A stretch of DNA of 64,000 nucleotides from Clostridia bacterium. Lineage in GTDB: Bacteria; Bacillota; DSM-521; Neomoorellales; JACIYF01. The notes beneath the pieces were generated by a model. It was not told the DNA's origin and searched no databases. It was given only the letters and a program-made list of their open reading frames with translations. Location: assembly GCA_014360065.1 (NCBI GenBank), contig JACIYF010000002.1:17717-81716 (forward strand), read 5' to 3'. How positions within the stretch are numbered: position 1 is the first letter of the stretch; every line of letters starts with the position of its first letter. The position numbers were made by a program, and so were the translations under genes. Positions 19,059 to 29,124 of this stretch are shown here, piece by piece.

Positions 19059-19597
19059 AGCTGTTCTCCCTTCTCCCTTTTGATACTGCGGACGAGTGTC
19101 CGCAGCTCAGCTACATCCACCACCTTGTCCTCGGTGATGGGTGAGGTGCCAATTTCCATACCTATGACTTCCCGTCCCAGCAGCGCATTGGATAGCTGGA
19201 TCCGGTAGTTGGACCCGATCATGATTACCGCATCGAAGGTCCGCAAGGAAGCTATGATTTCCATGAGCTCATTCACCAACTGCTGCCCGCTCTTCCCCTG
19301 CGCAAACTGCCAGCGCTCCGCATCGGTAAGGATCAGGGAGTACTCCACCCCTTCCTCCTCCAGAACCTGCAGGACTTCCTCCTTGTTGGCCACCGGAAAG
19401 CCCACCACCGCAATCCGGCTTCCCCGCCGTACTTCCCCCAAGCCCTCCAGGCGAGAAATGAAGCTGCGGTCAATGCCCAAGCGGTTGGCCGCCTCCTGCT
19501 GGGATAGCCCTTGCACCCGAAGTTCAAGGATCTGGTCTATGGCCCGCTGCATTTTGGAGCGGCTAATGAGCTTATCCCCGATGCGGATTAGATCCAT
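19055..19597 (-). CDS. HTH domain-containing putative transcriptional regulator.
   Basis: 180-aa ORF with a sigma-70 region-4-like HTH (LRVQGLSQQEAANRLGIDRSFISRLE). Confidence 0.6.
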   Translation of the reverse strand: MDLIRIGDKLISRSKMQRAIDQILELRVQGLSQQEAANRLGIDRSFISRLEGLGEVRRGSRIAVVGFPVANKEEVLQVLEEEGVEYSLILTDAERWQFAQGKSGQQLVNELMEIIASLRTFDAVIMIGSNYRIQLSNALLGREVIGMEIGTSPITEDKVVDVAELRTLVRSIKREKGEQL

Positions 19598-20036
19598 ATT
19601 TACCTTCCTTTTCGCTCATCCATTAACCCGTCTCTAACAGAGGGCCGGGTAAAGGCATTAATGTTGTGCACAATATGGTGTACAGCTATTTTAGCAGGCC
19701 CATCCCCTACCGTCAATATACAGAAACGCCAACACTAGCGAGCAAGGAGCACAGAAGCCATAAGCAAGCGACCAGGTGAAATAATGCTATTCGGTCATGC
19801 TACCTGAAAAGTTTAGGGCAAGTGGACTTCCTGGGGCTGAGGGTAAGACAGACAAAGCAGGGTCTGGGCCAAGGCGGGGGCCGAGGAAGGCCAAGGCTTA
19901 AAAACTGAAGTGAAGGCTGAAGTACGGTGAGTGGGCAGCTACAAACCAGGGTTAATTTGCAGTATAATGAAATTAACAAGCTAGGCCAACCGCCCACGGC
20001 GTGGCCCCGGCCCTGGCCTTAGGGGGAGGGTACATA

Positions 20037-20696
20037 ATGCTGGTTAAGGACCGCATGACGCCAAACCCCGTCACCATTACCCGGCAGACCACCATTGCTG
20101 AAGCCCTGGAGCTAATGCGCTCCCACAACATTCGCCGCCTGCCGATAATGGATAAGGGGAAACTGGTGGGAATTGTCACCGACCGTGATTTGAGCGAAGT
20201 CTCACCTTCTCCAGCCACATCCTTGAGCATCTTTGAAATCAACTATCTTTTGGCCAAGACCAAAATCGGCGACGTTCTTCCCAAGAAGCAAAAAGTATAC
20301 ACGGTCAGCCCCGATGCTTATTTGGAAGAGGCAGCCCTGGTCATGCGCGATCACCAGGTGGGCGCAGTGCCGGTAGTGGATGCCAAGGGGCAACTGGTAG
20401 GCATCATCACTGAAACCAACCTGTTCGACGCCTTTCTGGATATTATGGGCGTCCGCCAGCCTGGTACCCGGATTCACCTGGCAGTGGAGGACCGCCCCGG
20501 CCTGCTGGCCGATTTGGCGTCGCTAATTAAAGATTATGGTGGCAATATTACCCATATTGTCAGCTATCCCATTAGTAACCCCCGCCCTGGAGCTGACGTG
20601 GATCTGTTAATTCGCTTGAGCTCGGGCAAAAAGCAGGAATTGATTACTGCCTTGCGCCAAGCCGGGTACCAAGTGGTCTCGGTGACTGAGACTTGA
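20037..20696 (+). CDS. CBS-pair plus ACT domain protein (AcuB-like).
   Basis: MLVKDRMTPNPVTI...RRLPIMDKGKLVGIVTDRDL and a second CBS (VPVVDAKGQLVGIITETNL), followed by an ACT-like C-terminus. ATG preceded by GGGGGAGGG. Confidence 0.8.
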   Translation: MLVKDRMTPNPVTITRQTTIAEALELMRSHNIRRLPIMDKGKLVGIVTDRDLSEVSPSPATSLSIFEINYLLAKTKIGDVLPKKQKVYTVSPDAYLEEAALVMRDHQVGAVPVVDAKGQLVGIITETNLFDAFLDIMGVRQPGTRIHLAVEDRPGLLADLASLIKDYGGNITHIVSYPISNPRPGADVDLLIRLSSGKKQELITALRQAGYQVVSVTET

Positions 20697-20698
20697 GC

Positions 20699-21691
20699 TC
20701 AAGTAATCAACCCCAATAACAGCTTTTTTAGTCCAGCTAAGGAAGTTTCGCGGTTAATCTGCTCCCGGAGCCGGGCAGCGCCGGGAAGGCCCTTTAGGTA
20801 CCAGACCAGGTGCTTGCGCATTTGCCGGATGGCTATGGCTTCGCCTTTATCCTCTATGGCCATGGTCAGGTGGCGTAATGCCACGTTTACCCTTTCAGCC
20901 ACCGAGGGTAGCGCTTGTGGCGGAAGGCCTTTCAGCACGGCGTTGGCCTGGGCAAAGATCCAAGGATTGCCGATGGCCCCGCGGCCGATCATCACCGCAT
21001 CGCACCGGGTGGTAGCCAGCATTTTGAGAACATCCTCGGCCTTTCGAATATCCCCATTGCCTATGACCGGAATGTTCAGGGCCGCTTTGACTTGGCCGAT
21101 GATTTCCCAATCGGCGCATCCGGAATAGAACTGGTTGCGGGTCCGACCATGGACGGTTATGGCTTGGAGGCCAGCCGCTTGTAAGCGGCCGGCCACCTCG
21201 ATCGCGTTCACCGAGCCCTCATCCCAACCCTTGCGAATCTTGGCGGTCACAGGCACCGATCCCGGCCCAGACGGACCGCTGCTTGCCCTGACGGCTTCAA
21301 CTACAGCCTGGGCAATAGCCGCTGCCCGGCCAGGATCCCGCATTAGGGCAGCCCCATCGCCATTCTTGACTACCTTGGGAGTCGGGCATCCCATGTTGAG
21401 ATCGACCAGGGCCGCCCCTAGCTCCAAGGCCACCTGGGCCGCCTGGGCCATTACTTCCGGGTCGTGCCCAAAGAGCTGAATTGCTACCGGGCCTTTTTCG
21501 TCCCTGACCCGGGCCAATTCCCGGGTGCGCTGGTTCCCGTGGATGAGGGCCTGGGCGCTGACCATCTCCGTATAAGTTAAAGCTGCCCCCATTTCCCGGG
21601 CCAGTAACCGAAAGGAACGGTCCGTATACCCGGCCATGGGGGCTAAGAAGACTTGCCCGTCAAGCTTAAGGTTGCCTATGCTCCACTCCAT
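20699..21691 (-). CDS. dusB: tRNA dihydrouridine synthase.
   Basis: LAPMAGYTDRSFRLL...DLNMGCPTPKV...ITVHGRTR motifs. Confidence 0.9.
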   Translation of the reverse strand: MEWSIGNLKLDGQVFLAPMAGYTDRSFRLLAREMGAALTYTEMVSAQALIHGNQRTRELARVRDEKGPVAIQLFGHDPEVMAQAAQVALELGAALVDLNMGCPTPKVVKNGDGAALMRDPGRAAAIAQAVVEAVRASSGPSGPGSVPVTAKIRKGWDEGSVNAIEVAGRLQAAGLQAITVHGRTRNQFYSGCADWEIIGQVKAALNIPVIGNGDIRKAEDVLKMLATTRCDAVMIGRGAIGNPWIFAQANAVLKGLPPQALPSVAERVNVALRHLTMAIEDKGEAIAIRQMRKHLVWYLKGLPGAARLREQINRETSLAGLKKLLLGLIT

Positions 21692-21733
21692 GTAACCGCC
21701 TCGCCTTTGCCCATCCCGGGGCCGGCGCCCCGC

Positions 21734-22528
21734 CTAGGAAGCGGGCGGGGCGCCGGCCCCGGCCCGCAGGTTGCGCTCATAGATGAGCCGCAACCCCTCC
21801 AAGGTTAGGTAAGGATCAACGGCATCGATGAGAGGAGATTCTTGGCCAAATAACCGGGACAATCCACCGGTGGCTACCACCGCCGCCTTTCCCCCTAGCT
21901 CCTTTTGCATCCGAGAGACGATGCCTTCGATCTGCCCCAAGAAGCCATAGACAATGCCCGATTGCATGCTGCTAACCGTATTCTTGCCGATGACGGCCCG
22001 GGGCTTGACGATCTCCACCCGCGGCAGCTTGGCCGCATAGCGAAACAGCGCCTCCACCGAAATCCCGATGCCAGGGGCGATGGCCCCGCCTAGGTACTCA
22101 CCCTGGGCGGAAATAGCGTCAAAGGTGGTGGCGGTACCAAAATCTACTACGATCACTGGGCCCCCGTAGCGGTCATAGGCGGCTACCGCATTGACGATCC
22201 GGTCTGCCCCCACCTCATGGGGGTTATCATAGCGGATGGGCATCCCGGTCTTGGTCCCCGGGCCCACTACCAAGGGTCGAAGGTGCAAATACTGCTGGCA
22301 CATGTTCTCGATCACCGGGGTAAGGGGCGGAACTACGGAAGCAATTACGGCAGCGGTAATATCTTTAAAATCCAGCCCCTTGAAGGCAAAAAGTTCCCGC
22401 ACCAGCATCCCCGCCTCATCTTCACTGCGTTCTAGGCGGGTAGAAATCCGCCAGTCGGCCACCAGCTCCTTGTCCCGGTAGACGCCTAACACTACGTGGG
22501 TGTTGCCAATATCGATCGCCAGCAGCAT
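21734..22528 (-). CDS. coaX: Type III pantothenate kinase.
   Basis: [16 protein letters not shown]...[11 protein letters not shown]...GGLS motifs. Confidence 0.9.
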   Translation of the reverse strand: MLLAIDIGNTHVVLGVYRDKELVADWRISTRLERSEDEAGMLVRELFAFKGLDFKDITAAVIASVVPPLTPVIENMCQQYLHLRPLVVGPGTKTGMPIRYDNPHEVGADRIVNAVAAYDRYGGPVIVVDFGTATTFDAISAQGEYLGGAIAPGIGISVEALFRYAAKLPRVEIVKPRAVIGKNTVSSMQSGIVYGFLGQIEGIVSRMQKELGGKAAVVATGGLSRLFGQESPLIDAVDPYLTLEGLRLIYERNLRAGAGAPPAS

Positions 22529-22679
22529 TTAATTTTCCTCCCAAAGACCAGTATGTTCCAGATCATCTATGCCGGAGCCTTGATCCTCCGCTCCGCCCAA
22601 CCCTCGACCGTGGACCCAATATAACCAGACCAAGCCTTGGCTACCTGGTCCAGGCAAACTCCGCACCGGCGATGCCGAA

Positions 22680-22691
22680 TTGAGCGCTGGG
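22680..22691. repeat. Degenerate single copy of the repeat core (TTGAGCGCTGGG).
   Basis: One mismatch to TTGAGTGCTGGG. The nearby CCTCCGCTCCGCCCAACCCTCG resembles the CCTCCGCTCCGTAATCCTGCG flank at 42181-42201. Confidence 0.45.
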
Positions 22692-22754
22692 TGCAGAGCC
22701 ACCTAAAGCGCCACCTCAGGCTCCGATGACAGGGGAAACGGCTGACTTCGGCGC

Positions 22755-23798
22755 CTACGCCAGTTGGCTGGCTGCGGGTATTCCTCCGGCAGGCTCGGCC
22801 GCCTCCACCGCCCGGACTATGGCCCGGCCTACCACCTCGGCCGCCAGAGCTCCCACCACCGATACGTCCGCCCCTCCCGGCACCGGGCCGGCATTCGACG
22901 GTTGCCCCCCGTGGAGCTCAGGATCGGCAACCGACAGGGCAAAAACGGCATCTCCATCGAACATGGTATGCACCGGGTTGATGGCTCGGGCCAGGCCATC
23001 GTGCGCCATCTGGGCCACCTTAGTAATTTCCGTCTTGCTCAATGCAGCATTGGTAGCTACTACCGCCAAGGTAGTACTCTGGCCCCACCCCTGCTTCCAA
23101 TCGGGGCGCCTTTGGGCCATCTTGTCCCTGAAAGCAGTTAGGCTCATGGAGCGCAAATACTCCATGGTGGGAACCAGCTTGCCATTCTCAGGACTCCTGA
23201 GCCCAGCCAGCATCCGGCCTGTTTTCCAGTCAAATACGTCGCCAAAGGCATTGACCACCGCCAAGGCTCCTACTATCAGGTCTCCCCATTTTTCCGCCCA
23301 GGTGCCGACACCGCTTTTGGTGGCTTGGTTGATTCCCAAGAGCTTCCCCACGGTAGCGCCGGTGCCGGCGCCCACGTTGCCTTCAAGCACCGGGCCGGGG
23401 CCGGCGGCTAGGCAGGCCTGGTAGCCCATTTCCGCATCCGGATGCTTCACTTCTCCTACGGCCAGATCAAACAGGATGGCGGCTGGAACGATGGGGATCT
23501 TGGCGACGCCGGTATCGTAGCCTATTCCTCGCTCCTTGAGGTAGCGCACCACCCCCGCGGCCGCATCTAGCCCGGGAGCGCTGCCCCCGGCTAGCATCAC
23601 CGCCTGGACTTTAGGAACCAGGTTGGTGGGTTTCAAGAGGTCGGTTTCCCGCGTCCCCGGAGCCGAACCTCTCACGTCAACGCCGGCCACCGCCCCGGCT
23701 TCCAAAAGCACCACCGTCACTCCGGTAAGGGCGGTCAGGTCGGTAAAGTGGCCTACCTTTACTCCAGGAACCGCAGTAATGCTCATTTCCCCATCCAT
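22755..23798 (-). CDS. P1/S58 family peptidase (DmpA / L-aminopeptidase-like).
   Basis: MDGEMSITAVPGVKVGHFTD...VDVRGSAPGTRETDLL...GTNTT-like block (STTLAVVATNA). I chose the ATG at 23798 with an AGGAGG RBS; the track start at 23996 overlaps bioY. Confidence 0.8.
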   Translation of the reverse strand: MDGEMSITAVPGVKVGHFTDLTALTGVTVVLLEAGAVAGVDVRGSAPGTRETDLLKPTNLVPKVQAVMLAGGSAPGLDAAAGVVRYLKERGIGYDTGVAKIPIVPAAILFDLAVGEVKHPDAEMGYQACLAAGPGPVLEGNVGAGTGATVGKLLGINQATKSGVGTWAEKWGDLIVGALAVVNAFGDVFDWKTGRMLAGLRSPENGKLVPTMEYLRSMSLTAFRDKMAQRRPDWKQGWGQSTTLAVVATNAALSKTEITKVAQMAHDGLARAINPVHTMFDGDAVFALSVADPELHGGQPSNAGPVPGGADVSVVGALAAEVVGRAIVRAVEAAEPAGGIPAASQLA

Positions 23799-23848
23799 GG
23801 TTTTGCCCCCGCCTCCTGACCGGCCGAGCCAGGTTGGAGTCTTAGCGC

Positions 23849-24394
23849 CTATGGTTTCACCAGCCCGGCCTGAATGAGGGCCTGGCGCACCGCCAAGGCC
23901 AAACTTGCAGCTATGACCAGTTTCACCAGATCCAAAGCCACATAAGGCACCACTGCCAGCAGCAAGGCTTCCCCTAGGCTGCGGCCAGTCACCCAAGCAA
24001 ATTGCACCGTCCCCAGCGCGTAGGAAGTTAGCATACAGACCACCATGCCCAAGGCATTGGTCCAGAAGGTCGGAGATTTGGCCGCTTCCACTATTTTGCC
24101 CAGGAAGTAAACGCCCAGAACAAAACCGATTAGGTAGCCTCCCGTAGGCCCTACTAGCACCCCCACCCCGGCTTTACCCTGGGCGAAAACAGGAAGACCA
24201 ATAACGCCAAGCAGGATATAGATCACCAGCGCCCAAGTTCCGCCCCGGCTCCCTAAAATAGCTCCAGCCAGGAACACTCCGACCAGCTGCCCGGTGATGG
24301 GCACTCCCCACGGCAAAGGTATGGCTACCTGGGCCAAAACCGCGATTACCGCTGCCATCAAAGCTACCCGGGCCCAAAACTTGATGTCGGTCAT
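23849..24394 (-). CDS. bioY: Biotin transporter S-component BioY.
   Basis: 181-aa polytopic membrane ORF (VPITGQLVGVFLAGAILG...PTGGYLIGF). It overlaps the birA stop by 4 nt. Confidence 0.85.
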   Translation of the reverse strand: MTDIKFWARVALMAAVIAVLAQVAIPLPWGVPITGQLVGVFLAGAILGSRGGTWALVIYILLGVIGLPVFAQGKAGVGVLVGPTGGYLIGFVLGVYFLGKIVEAAKSPTFWTNALGMVVCMLTSYALGTVQFAWVTGRSLGEALLLAVVPYVALDLVKLVIAASLALAVRQALIQAGLVKP

Positions 24395-25470
24395 GACAAC
24401 ATCTCCTCCCCATAGGATGCTTGAGCCATCGGGTTTTCATTGTGGTGCCCAGGGAGGCGAAGCAAGGTCACTTCCCCGGCTATGAAGGCCCGCCGCTCTC
24501 CCCCCTCACCTTCCACCACCAGTGAGCCGTCTTCCTGTAGATCTACCGCCCGGCCCCGGAAGATCTCGCCGCCAACATCGCTGATAGCCACCGGCTCCCC
24601 CAGGGTAACGCTCAAGTTGACCCAGCGTTGGCGCAACACCCCTAGACCGGTGGGGGGGAGCGATAGATAATCCGCCTCCAAGCGGTTGAGGATGTCGGCA
24701 ATTAGCTCGGCCCTGGTAACCGCCGGTTCCGAGCCGTGGGCTTGGCCCAGTTCGGCAGCAATGGAAGTGGCAATACCCCTTAATTCCGGGGGAAAGGCAT
24801 CAGCCGGCTGGCTGACGTTGATGCCCACTCCTACTATGGCGTAGGCCACTGCCTCGGGTTCGGCCCGGAGCTCAGTTAGGATGCCGGCTACCTTACGGCC
24901 CCTGATTAAGACGTCATTGGGCCACTTTATCCCTGCCGCAAGCCCGGTAAGGGAACGAATGGCCTCAGCCACGGCCACCCCCACCACCAAGGTATAGCGG
25001 GGAGCTTGAGCTAGGCTTACCCGGGGACGCAGGATCAGCGACATCCAGATGCCGCTCCCCGGCGGCGAGAACCAACTCCGCTTGAGCCTACCCCTTCCAG
25101 CACTCTGCTGATCGGCCACCACCAGCGTCCCTTCTGGCGCTCCCTTTTCGGCTACCTCCTTGGCTACATCGTTGGTGGACCCCACCAGCGGGTAGTAGAG
25201 GACCTGCCGCCCCAGAAAGCGGGTACTGAGCCGGCGCCGGATCTCCTCCGGGCCGAGTACATCTGCCCTGCCAGTCAAGTAGTAGCCGGCGCGGGAACGG
25301 CCTTCAATGGAGTAGCCCAGCCGCCGTAAAGCTTGGATATGTTTCCACACCGCGGTACGGCTGATCCCCAGCCGCTCAGCTATTTCTTGGCCGGAGATGG
25401 CTTCCGGTGCAGTTTCCAGCAGCTCCAGTACCCGGCTTCTAAGTTGATCTGGTTGGTTCAAGCTCACCAC
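24391..25470 (-). CDS. birA: Bifunctional biotin--[acetyl-CoA-carboxylase] ligase / biotin operon repressor.
   Basis: N-terminal HTH (ISGQEIAERLGISRTAVWKHIQALR) and ligase motifs (GRGRLKRSW, KWPNDV). Confidence 0.9.
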   Translation of the reverse strand: MVSLNQPDQLRSRVLELLETAPEAISGQEIAERLGISRTAVWKHIQALRRLGYSIEGRSRAGYYLTGRADVLGPEEIRRRLSTRFLGRQVLYYPLVGSTNDVAKEVAEKGAPEGTLVVADQQSAGRGRLKRSWFSPPGSGIWMSLILRPRVSLAQAPRYTLVVGVAVAEAIRSLTGLAAGIKWPNDVLIRGRKVAGILTELRAEPEAVAYAIVGVGINVSQPADAFPPELRGIATSIAAELGQAHGSEPAVTRAELIADILNRLEADYLSLPPTGLGVLRQRWVNLSVTLGEPVAISDVGGEIFRGRAVDLQEDGSLVVEGEGGERRAFIAGEVTLLRLPGHHNENPMAQASYGEEMLS

Positions 25471-25559
25471 TTCTTTGGCCTAACCCTTCTACCCCAAGCG
25501 GATCTCCTTTGTCCCTCTCTAACCGGTTCCAGGTTTCTTCCAACCCCCCTGGGCGCCTA

Positions 25560-25592
25560 TTGTTAACCCATAATGGCTCGTAAGGTTAACAA
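25560..25592. promoter_or_regulatory. BirA operator (bioO) upstream of birA-bioY.
   Basis: Perfect palindrome TTGTTAACC-N15-GGTTAACAA, matching the known Firmicute BirA site architecture. On the minus strand a TATAAT (25594-25599) lies immediately upstream. Confidence 0.8.
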
Positions 25593-25617
25593 TATTATAT
25601 TACGCCCTAGGGAGGAA

Positions 25618-26001
25618 TTATCCTGCCGTAAAAGGTGCCTCCAAGGAAGCAATTCTTTCAATGCGATTACCTTCGTCCACAAACACTACCTGGGGCCGGT
25701 GGCCTTTAATCTCCTCGTCGCTGTAGATGCCATAAGAAATAATGATAACGATGTCGCCCGGTTGGGCCAGCCGCGCTGCCGCCCCGTTCAGGCAAATAAC
25801 GCCGCTTCCCGCTTCGCCAGCAATTACATAGGTTTCTAGCCGGGCACCATTGTTATTGTTAACCACCTGGACCTTCTCGTAGGGAAGGATTCCGGCCGCC
25901 TCAAGGAGCTGGCTATCGATAGTTATGCTTCCTACATAATTGAGGTCAGCCTGAGTGACTCGGGCCCGGTGGATCTTGGATTTCATCATGGTTCGCAGCA
26001 T
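25618..26001 (-). CDS. panD: Aspartate 1-decarboxylase.
   Basis: [29 protein letters not shown] (self-processing Gly-Ser site). ATG at 26001 after GGGGGAGGTG. Confidence 0.9.
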   Translation of the reverse strand: MLRTMMKSKIHRARVTQADLNYVGSITIDSQLLEAAGILPYEKVQVVNNNNGARLETYVIAGEAGSGVICLNGAAARLAQPGDIVIIISYGIYSDEEIKGHRPQVVFVDEGNRIERIASLEAPFTAG

Positions 26002-26127
26002 AGTTTCACCTCCCCCAAACCTACACTTCCACAGGCCGCTGGTTGCCCACTTTACCCAGCCCTCAACCGTGGGCTCAAAATATCCCTCGCTTTTTGCACC
26101 TAATTGCAAAGCTTAGCCGCGCATGGC

Positions 26128-26973
26128 TTAAGGTGCTACCACCAAGTTATCGATGAGCCGGGTTTGGCCCACAAAAGCCGCTACCGCCAGCAGGACTTCT
26201 CCGTCGATGGTGGAGACGGGCTCGAGGCTTTCCGGATCCCGCACCTCCACATAGTCAATGCGAACTCGAGGATCGCTGCCAAGGGTTTCGGCCATAGCCT
26301 GCCTTATCTTTTGCGCCTGGCTTTCTCCGCTACGAATCAGGGCTTCTCCCTGCTTCAGCGAACGAATCAAGGCCAGGGCGCTCTTTCGCTCTTCCGGGCT
26401 CAAGTAGGCGTTGCGGGAACTCATGGCCAGACCATCTGGCTCCCGAACCGTAGGGACCGTTACTATGGTCAATGGGAAGTTTAGGTCCCTCACCATGCGC
26501 CGGATGATCAGCTGCTGCTGGAAGTCCTTTTGGCCAAAATAGGCTCGATCGGGCTGGACGATGTTAAATAATTTGCATACCACCGTAGCCACGCCGCGAA
26601 AGTGCCCGGGCCGGGATTGGCCGCACAGCCCCTGACTAAGCCTTTCCACTTCCACATAAGTGGCGTAGCCGGGCGGATACATCTCCTCAGGAGTTGGAGC
26701 AAAGATGGCATCCACCCCCACCTCGGCTGCCAGCCTTTGATCCCGATCGAAGTCCCGAGGATAACGGTCCAGGTCTTCGTTGGGTCCAAATTGGGTAGGA
26801 TTGACGAAAAGGCTTACTACCACCACGTCGTTGTCCTGTCGGGCGGCCCGCATCAGGCTTAAATGGCCCTCATGAAAATATCCCATGGTAGGTACCAGGC
26901 CAATTGATGCCCCTTGGCTACGCTTCTCCCGCAGGTAGGTTCGCAGGGGCTCAACCCGAGAGAATATCTCCAA
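26128..26973 (-). CDS. panC: Pantoate--beta-alanine ligase.
   Basis: [15 protein letters not shown]...SLFVNPTQF...[10 protein letters not shown] motifs. Confidence 0.9.
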   Translation of the reverse strand: MEIFSRVEPLRTYLREKRSQGASIGLVPTMGYFHEGHLSLMRAARQDNDVVVVSLFVNPTQFGPNEDLDRYPRDFDRDQRLAAEVGVDAIFAPTPEEMYPPGYATYVEVERLSQGLCGQSRPGHFRGVATVVCKLFNIVQPDRAYFGQKDFQQQLIIRRMVRDLNFPLTIVTVPTVREPDGLAMSSRNAYLSPEERKSALALIRSLKQGEALIRSGESQAQKIRQAMAETLGSDPRVRIDYVEVRDPESLEPVSTIDGEVLLAVAAFVGQTRLIDNLVVAP

Positions 26974-27000
26974 ACTAAAGACACCTCCGTATCCAGCCGG

Positions 27001-27933
27001 CTAATTGGTGGAAGCAGTGTCAACTGCTTCGGCCCGCCGGCACTCGGCTATCTCGTACTGCTTCTCGTATCGATGCAAGAGATCTTCCAAAAGGGCTGCC
27101 TTTCTCCGGTCTAGGGTGCCCTTACGCAGCGCCACTTCAATAGTATGCCGGCCCAAGGCAACATACAGAGGAATGAGCTGGGGACAAGCTTCCCCCATGC
27201 TGTGCAAGTGATCGCTTATGGTGATCACATCGCCGCGGGATATAGGGCCGGTCAAGGCTTTGGGTATGCCGATCTCCTCCACATTGGCTAGGGTCCCCTT
27301 GACCAAAGGCAGGAGGGCCGGTAAGAACAACCTTTCCGGCATCCCGGTTGCCTGCATCAGCTTTTGGCTGAGATCCAAAAGCGCCACTAGGTAATTGGAA
27401 GCTACGGCAGCAGCAGCATGGTATAGCACTTTGGCTTCCCGATCAATGTGGAAGGCTTCTCCCCCCAAGTCCTTAACGATCTGTTCCGCTACCGGGTAGG
27501 CTTCCCTGTCTCCCTGGATAGAGAACACCGAGCCGGGCAAGTTGGTGATGGCTCTTTCGGCGCTGGCGCAGGATTGCAGAGGGTGAATGGATACTACTTT
27601 GGCCCCTAAATCAGCTACCGGCTGAAGGACGTCGGTAGTAAGGGACCCGCTCATATGGACTACCGTGTGCTCACGCCCCACCGCTCGGTGGCGAGCCAGC
27701 TCTTTGGCTACTTCACCGATGGCGGTATCGGAGGTAGTGATGAAAACCACCTCTGCCGGCCGGGCCACTTCCGCCGGCGATCCTACCGGGCAGCGGAGGC
27801 GTTCGGCAGCACGGGCGGCTGACTCCGGTGTGCGGCTGGCCACACCTACCACCTGGTACCCCTGGCGCTGAAGCAGCACGGCCACCCCGGTGCCTACGGA
27901 TCCAGCTCCAATGACGGCAATCTTAAAGCCCAT
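27001..27933 (-). CDS. Rossmann-fold NAD(P)-binding protein with a DUF2520-like C-terminus (possible ketopantoate reductase substitute).
   Basis: MGFKIAVIGAGSVGTGVA sits at the N-terminus when started at ATG 27933 (RBS GGAGGGG). The track extension to 28104 would place the Rossmann motif 57 aa inside the protein. Confidence 0.7.
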   Translation of the reverse strand: MGFKIAVIGAGSVGTGVAVLLQRQGYQVVGVASRTPESAARAAERLRCPVGSPAEVARPAEVVFITTSDTAIGEVAKELARHRAVGREHTVVHMSGSLTTDVLQPVADLGAKVVSIHPLQSCASAERAITNLPGSVFSIQGDREAYPVAEQIVKDLGGEAFHIDREAKVLYHAAAAVASNYLVALLDLSQKLMQATGMPERLFLPALLPLVKGTLANVEEIGIPKALTGPISRGDVITISDHLHSMGEACPQLIPLYVALGRHTIEVALRKGTLDRRKAALLEDLLHRYEKQYEIAECRRAEAVDTASTN

Positions 27934-27970
27934 GTTTTCCCCTCCATTGGGAAGCCGCTTTGCCCCGACG

Positions 27971-28011
27971 ACAAACAAAAAGCCTTCCGGCCCGCAAACG
28001 ATCCAGAAGGC
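27971..28011 (-). terminator. Intrinsic terminator-like hairpin inside the leader of the DUF2520-panC-panD operon (possible attenuator).
   Basis: Minus strand reads GCCTTCTGG-N12-CCGGAAGGC followed by TTTTTGTTTGT, only about 40 nt before the ATG at 27933. Confidence 0.55.
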
Positions 28012-28157
28012 GTAATCTGCCTGTCTTTGGCCGTCTCGGTCCTGCACATGATCCAAGCGGCGCCCCACAGTATTAAAATCATCTTTCCACACAGTCCAAA
28101 CCATTGTGATTCAGGTCGTACGGCTCGCCCGCAAGCGATGCCGTCCCCGGCATAACT

Positions 28158-28186
28158 ATTCTAACACCTTCTTAATGCCGGCGCAA
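28158..28186 (-). promoter_or_regulatory. Putative sigma-A promoter for the pan leader.
   Basis: Minus strand reads TTGCGC-17 nt-TAGAAT with a TGT extended -10. It would give a leader of about 220 nt. Confidence 0.45.
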
Positions 28187-28249
28187 CAATTGCTTGGCAA
28201 TTACGGCTGGCAAAGCCATGGCGGCGGAAGGACTGAGCCAGAATGGTCT

Positions 28250-29122
28250 TCAGGGGCGATAAAGGCGAATGCTGTCGGGCCCGGAGGGCAAAGCGGCCAG
28301 GCGCTCTTCTACTGTCACCCCACTGGGCAGGCGTAGATTAGGTTCCAAGTCGGCCAGAGGTTTGATGACGAATATCCTTTCCTCCAGGCGAGGGTGGGGG
28401 ACCTCTAGGCCTGGCTCATCCAGCCTCTGGTCTTGGTAGAGCAAGAGGTCGAGGTCAATGGTGCGCGGGCCCCAGCGCACCGTGCGCACCCTTCCCAGCG
28501 CCGCTTCCGTGCGAAGGAGCTCCTCCAAGAGTTCCCGGGGGCCAAGGTTGGTGGCTAGCTCGGCCACGGCGTTTAAGAACCAACCCTGGTCGGTCATGCC
28601 CACCGGCGCCGTTTCATATAAAGGCGAGGTCCGGAGGACTACGATTTGCGGGTGAGAAGCAAGCTTCTCCAGGGCTTGCTGAATGTTGGCCTCACGATCT
28701 CCTAGATTACTTCCCAGGCCCACGTAAACTCCTCGGCGCCAAGTACCCTCTCCACGAGAGCGACGGATCTCCACTCCTACCGAACGCCAGCGGCCTGGTA
28801 GCGGCGCCTGGGGTTTCTCTACCCGTACTGTCAGTGCCTGGAGGCGGGAGAAAGTGTTCAGCAAGCTATCGGCTATCCGCGCCGCTAGGGCCTCGATGAG
28901 GTTGTACCTCTCTCCTTCCACTAACTCCTTTACCGTCTTCTGAACCGCAGCATAGTCGACGGTATCCTCCAGGGCATCACTTTGGCCCGCCTTGGCCAAG
29001 TCCAACTCCAAGATTAAGTCCACCAAAAACTTTTGGCCCCTGGACTTTTCCTGAGGGTAGAGGCCGTGGTAACCGTAAAACTCCATGCCAGTAAAAAAGA
29101 TGCGATCCGGGCTGTGATCCAT
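28250..29122 (-). CDS. folBK: Fused dihydroneopterin aldolase / HPPK (FolB-FolK).
   Basis: N-terminal FolB (MEFYGYHGLYPQEKSRGQKF) plus C-terminal FolK (VYVGLGSNLGD...TSPLYETAPVG...RWGPRTIDLDLL). Confidence 0.85.
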   Translation of the reverse strand: MDHSPDRIFFTGMEFYGYHGLYPQEKSRGQKFLVDLILELDLAKAGQSDALEDTVDYAAVQKTVKELVEGERYNLIEALAARIADSLLNTFSRLQALTVRVEKPQAPLPGRWRSVGVEIRRSRGEGTWRRGVYVGLGSNLGDREANIQQALEKLASHPQIVVLRTSPLYETAPVGMTDQGWFLNAVAELATNLGPRELLEELLRTEAALGRVRTVRWGPRTIDLDLLLYQDQRLDEPGLEVPHPRLEERIFVIKPLADLEPNLRLPSGVTVEERLAALPSGPDSIRLYRP

Positions 29123-29124
29123 AC

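Noticed and set aside
19598-20036. A purine-rich 440-nt gap upstream of the CBS-ACT gene (GGCTGAGGGTAAG..GGCCGAGGAAGGCCAAGGC..) as a possible sRNA or riboswitch; a TATAAT lies at 19963-19968.
   Set aside because: I found no recognisable conserved motif, no convincing -35 and no terminator. It cannot be supported beyond noting the gap.
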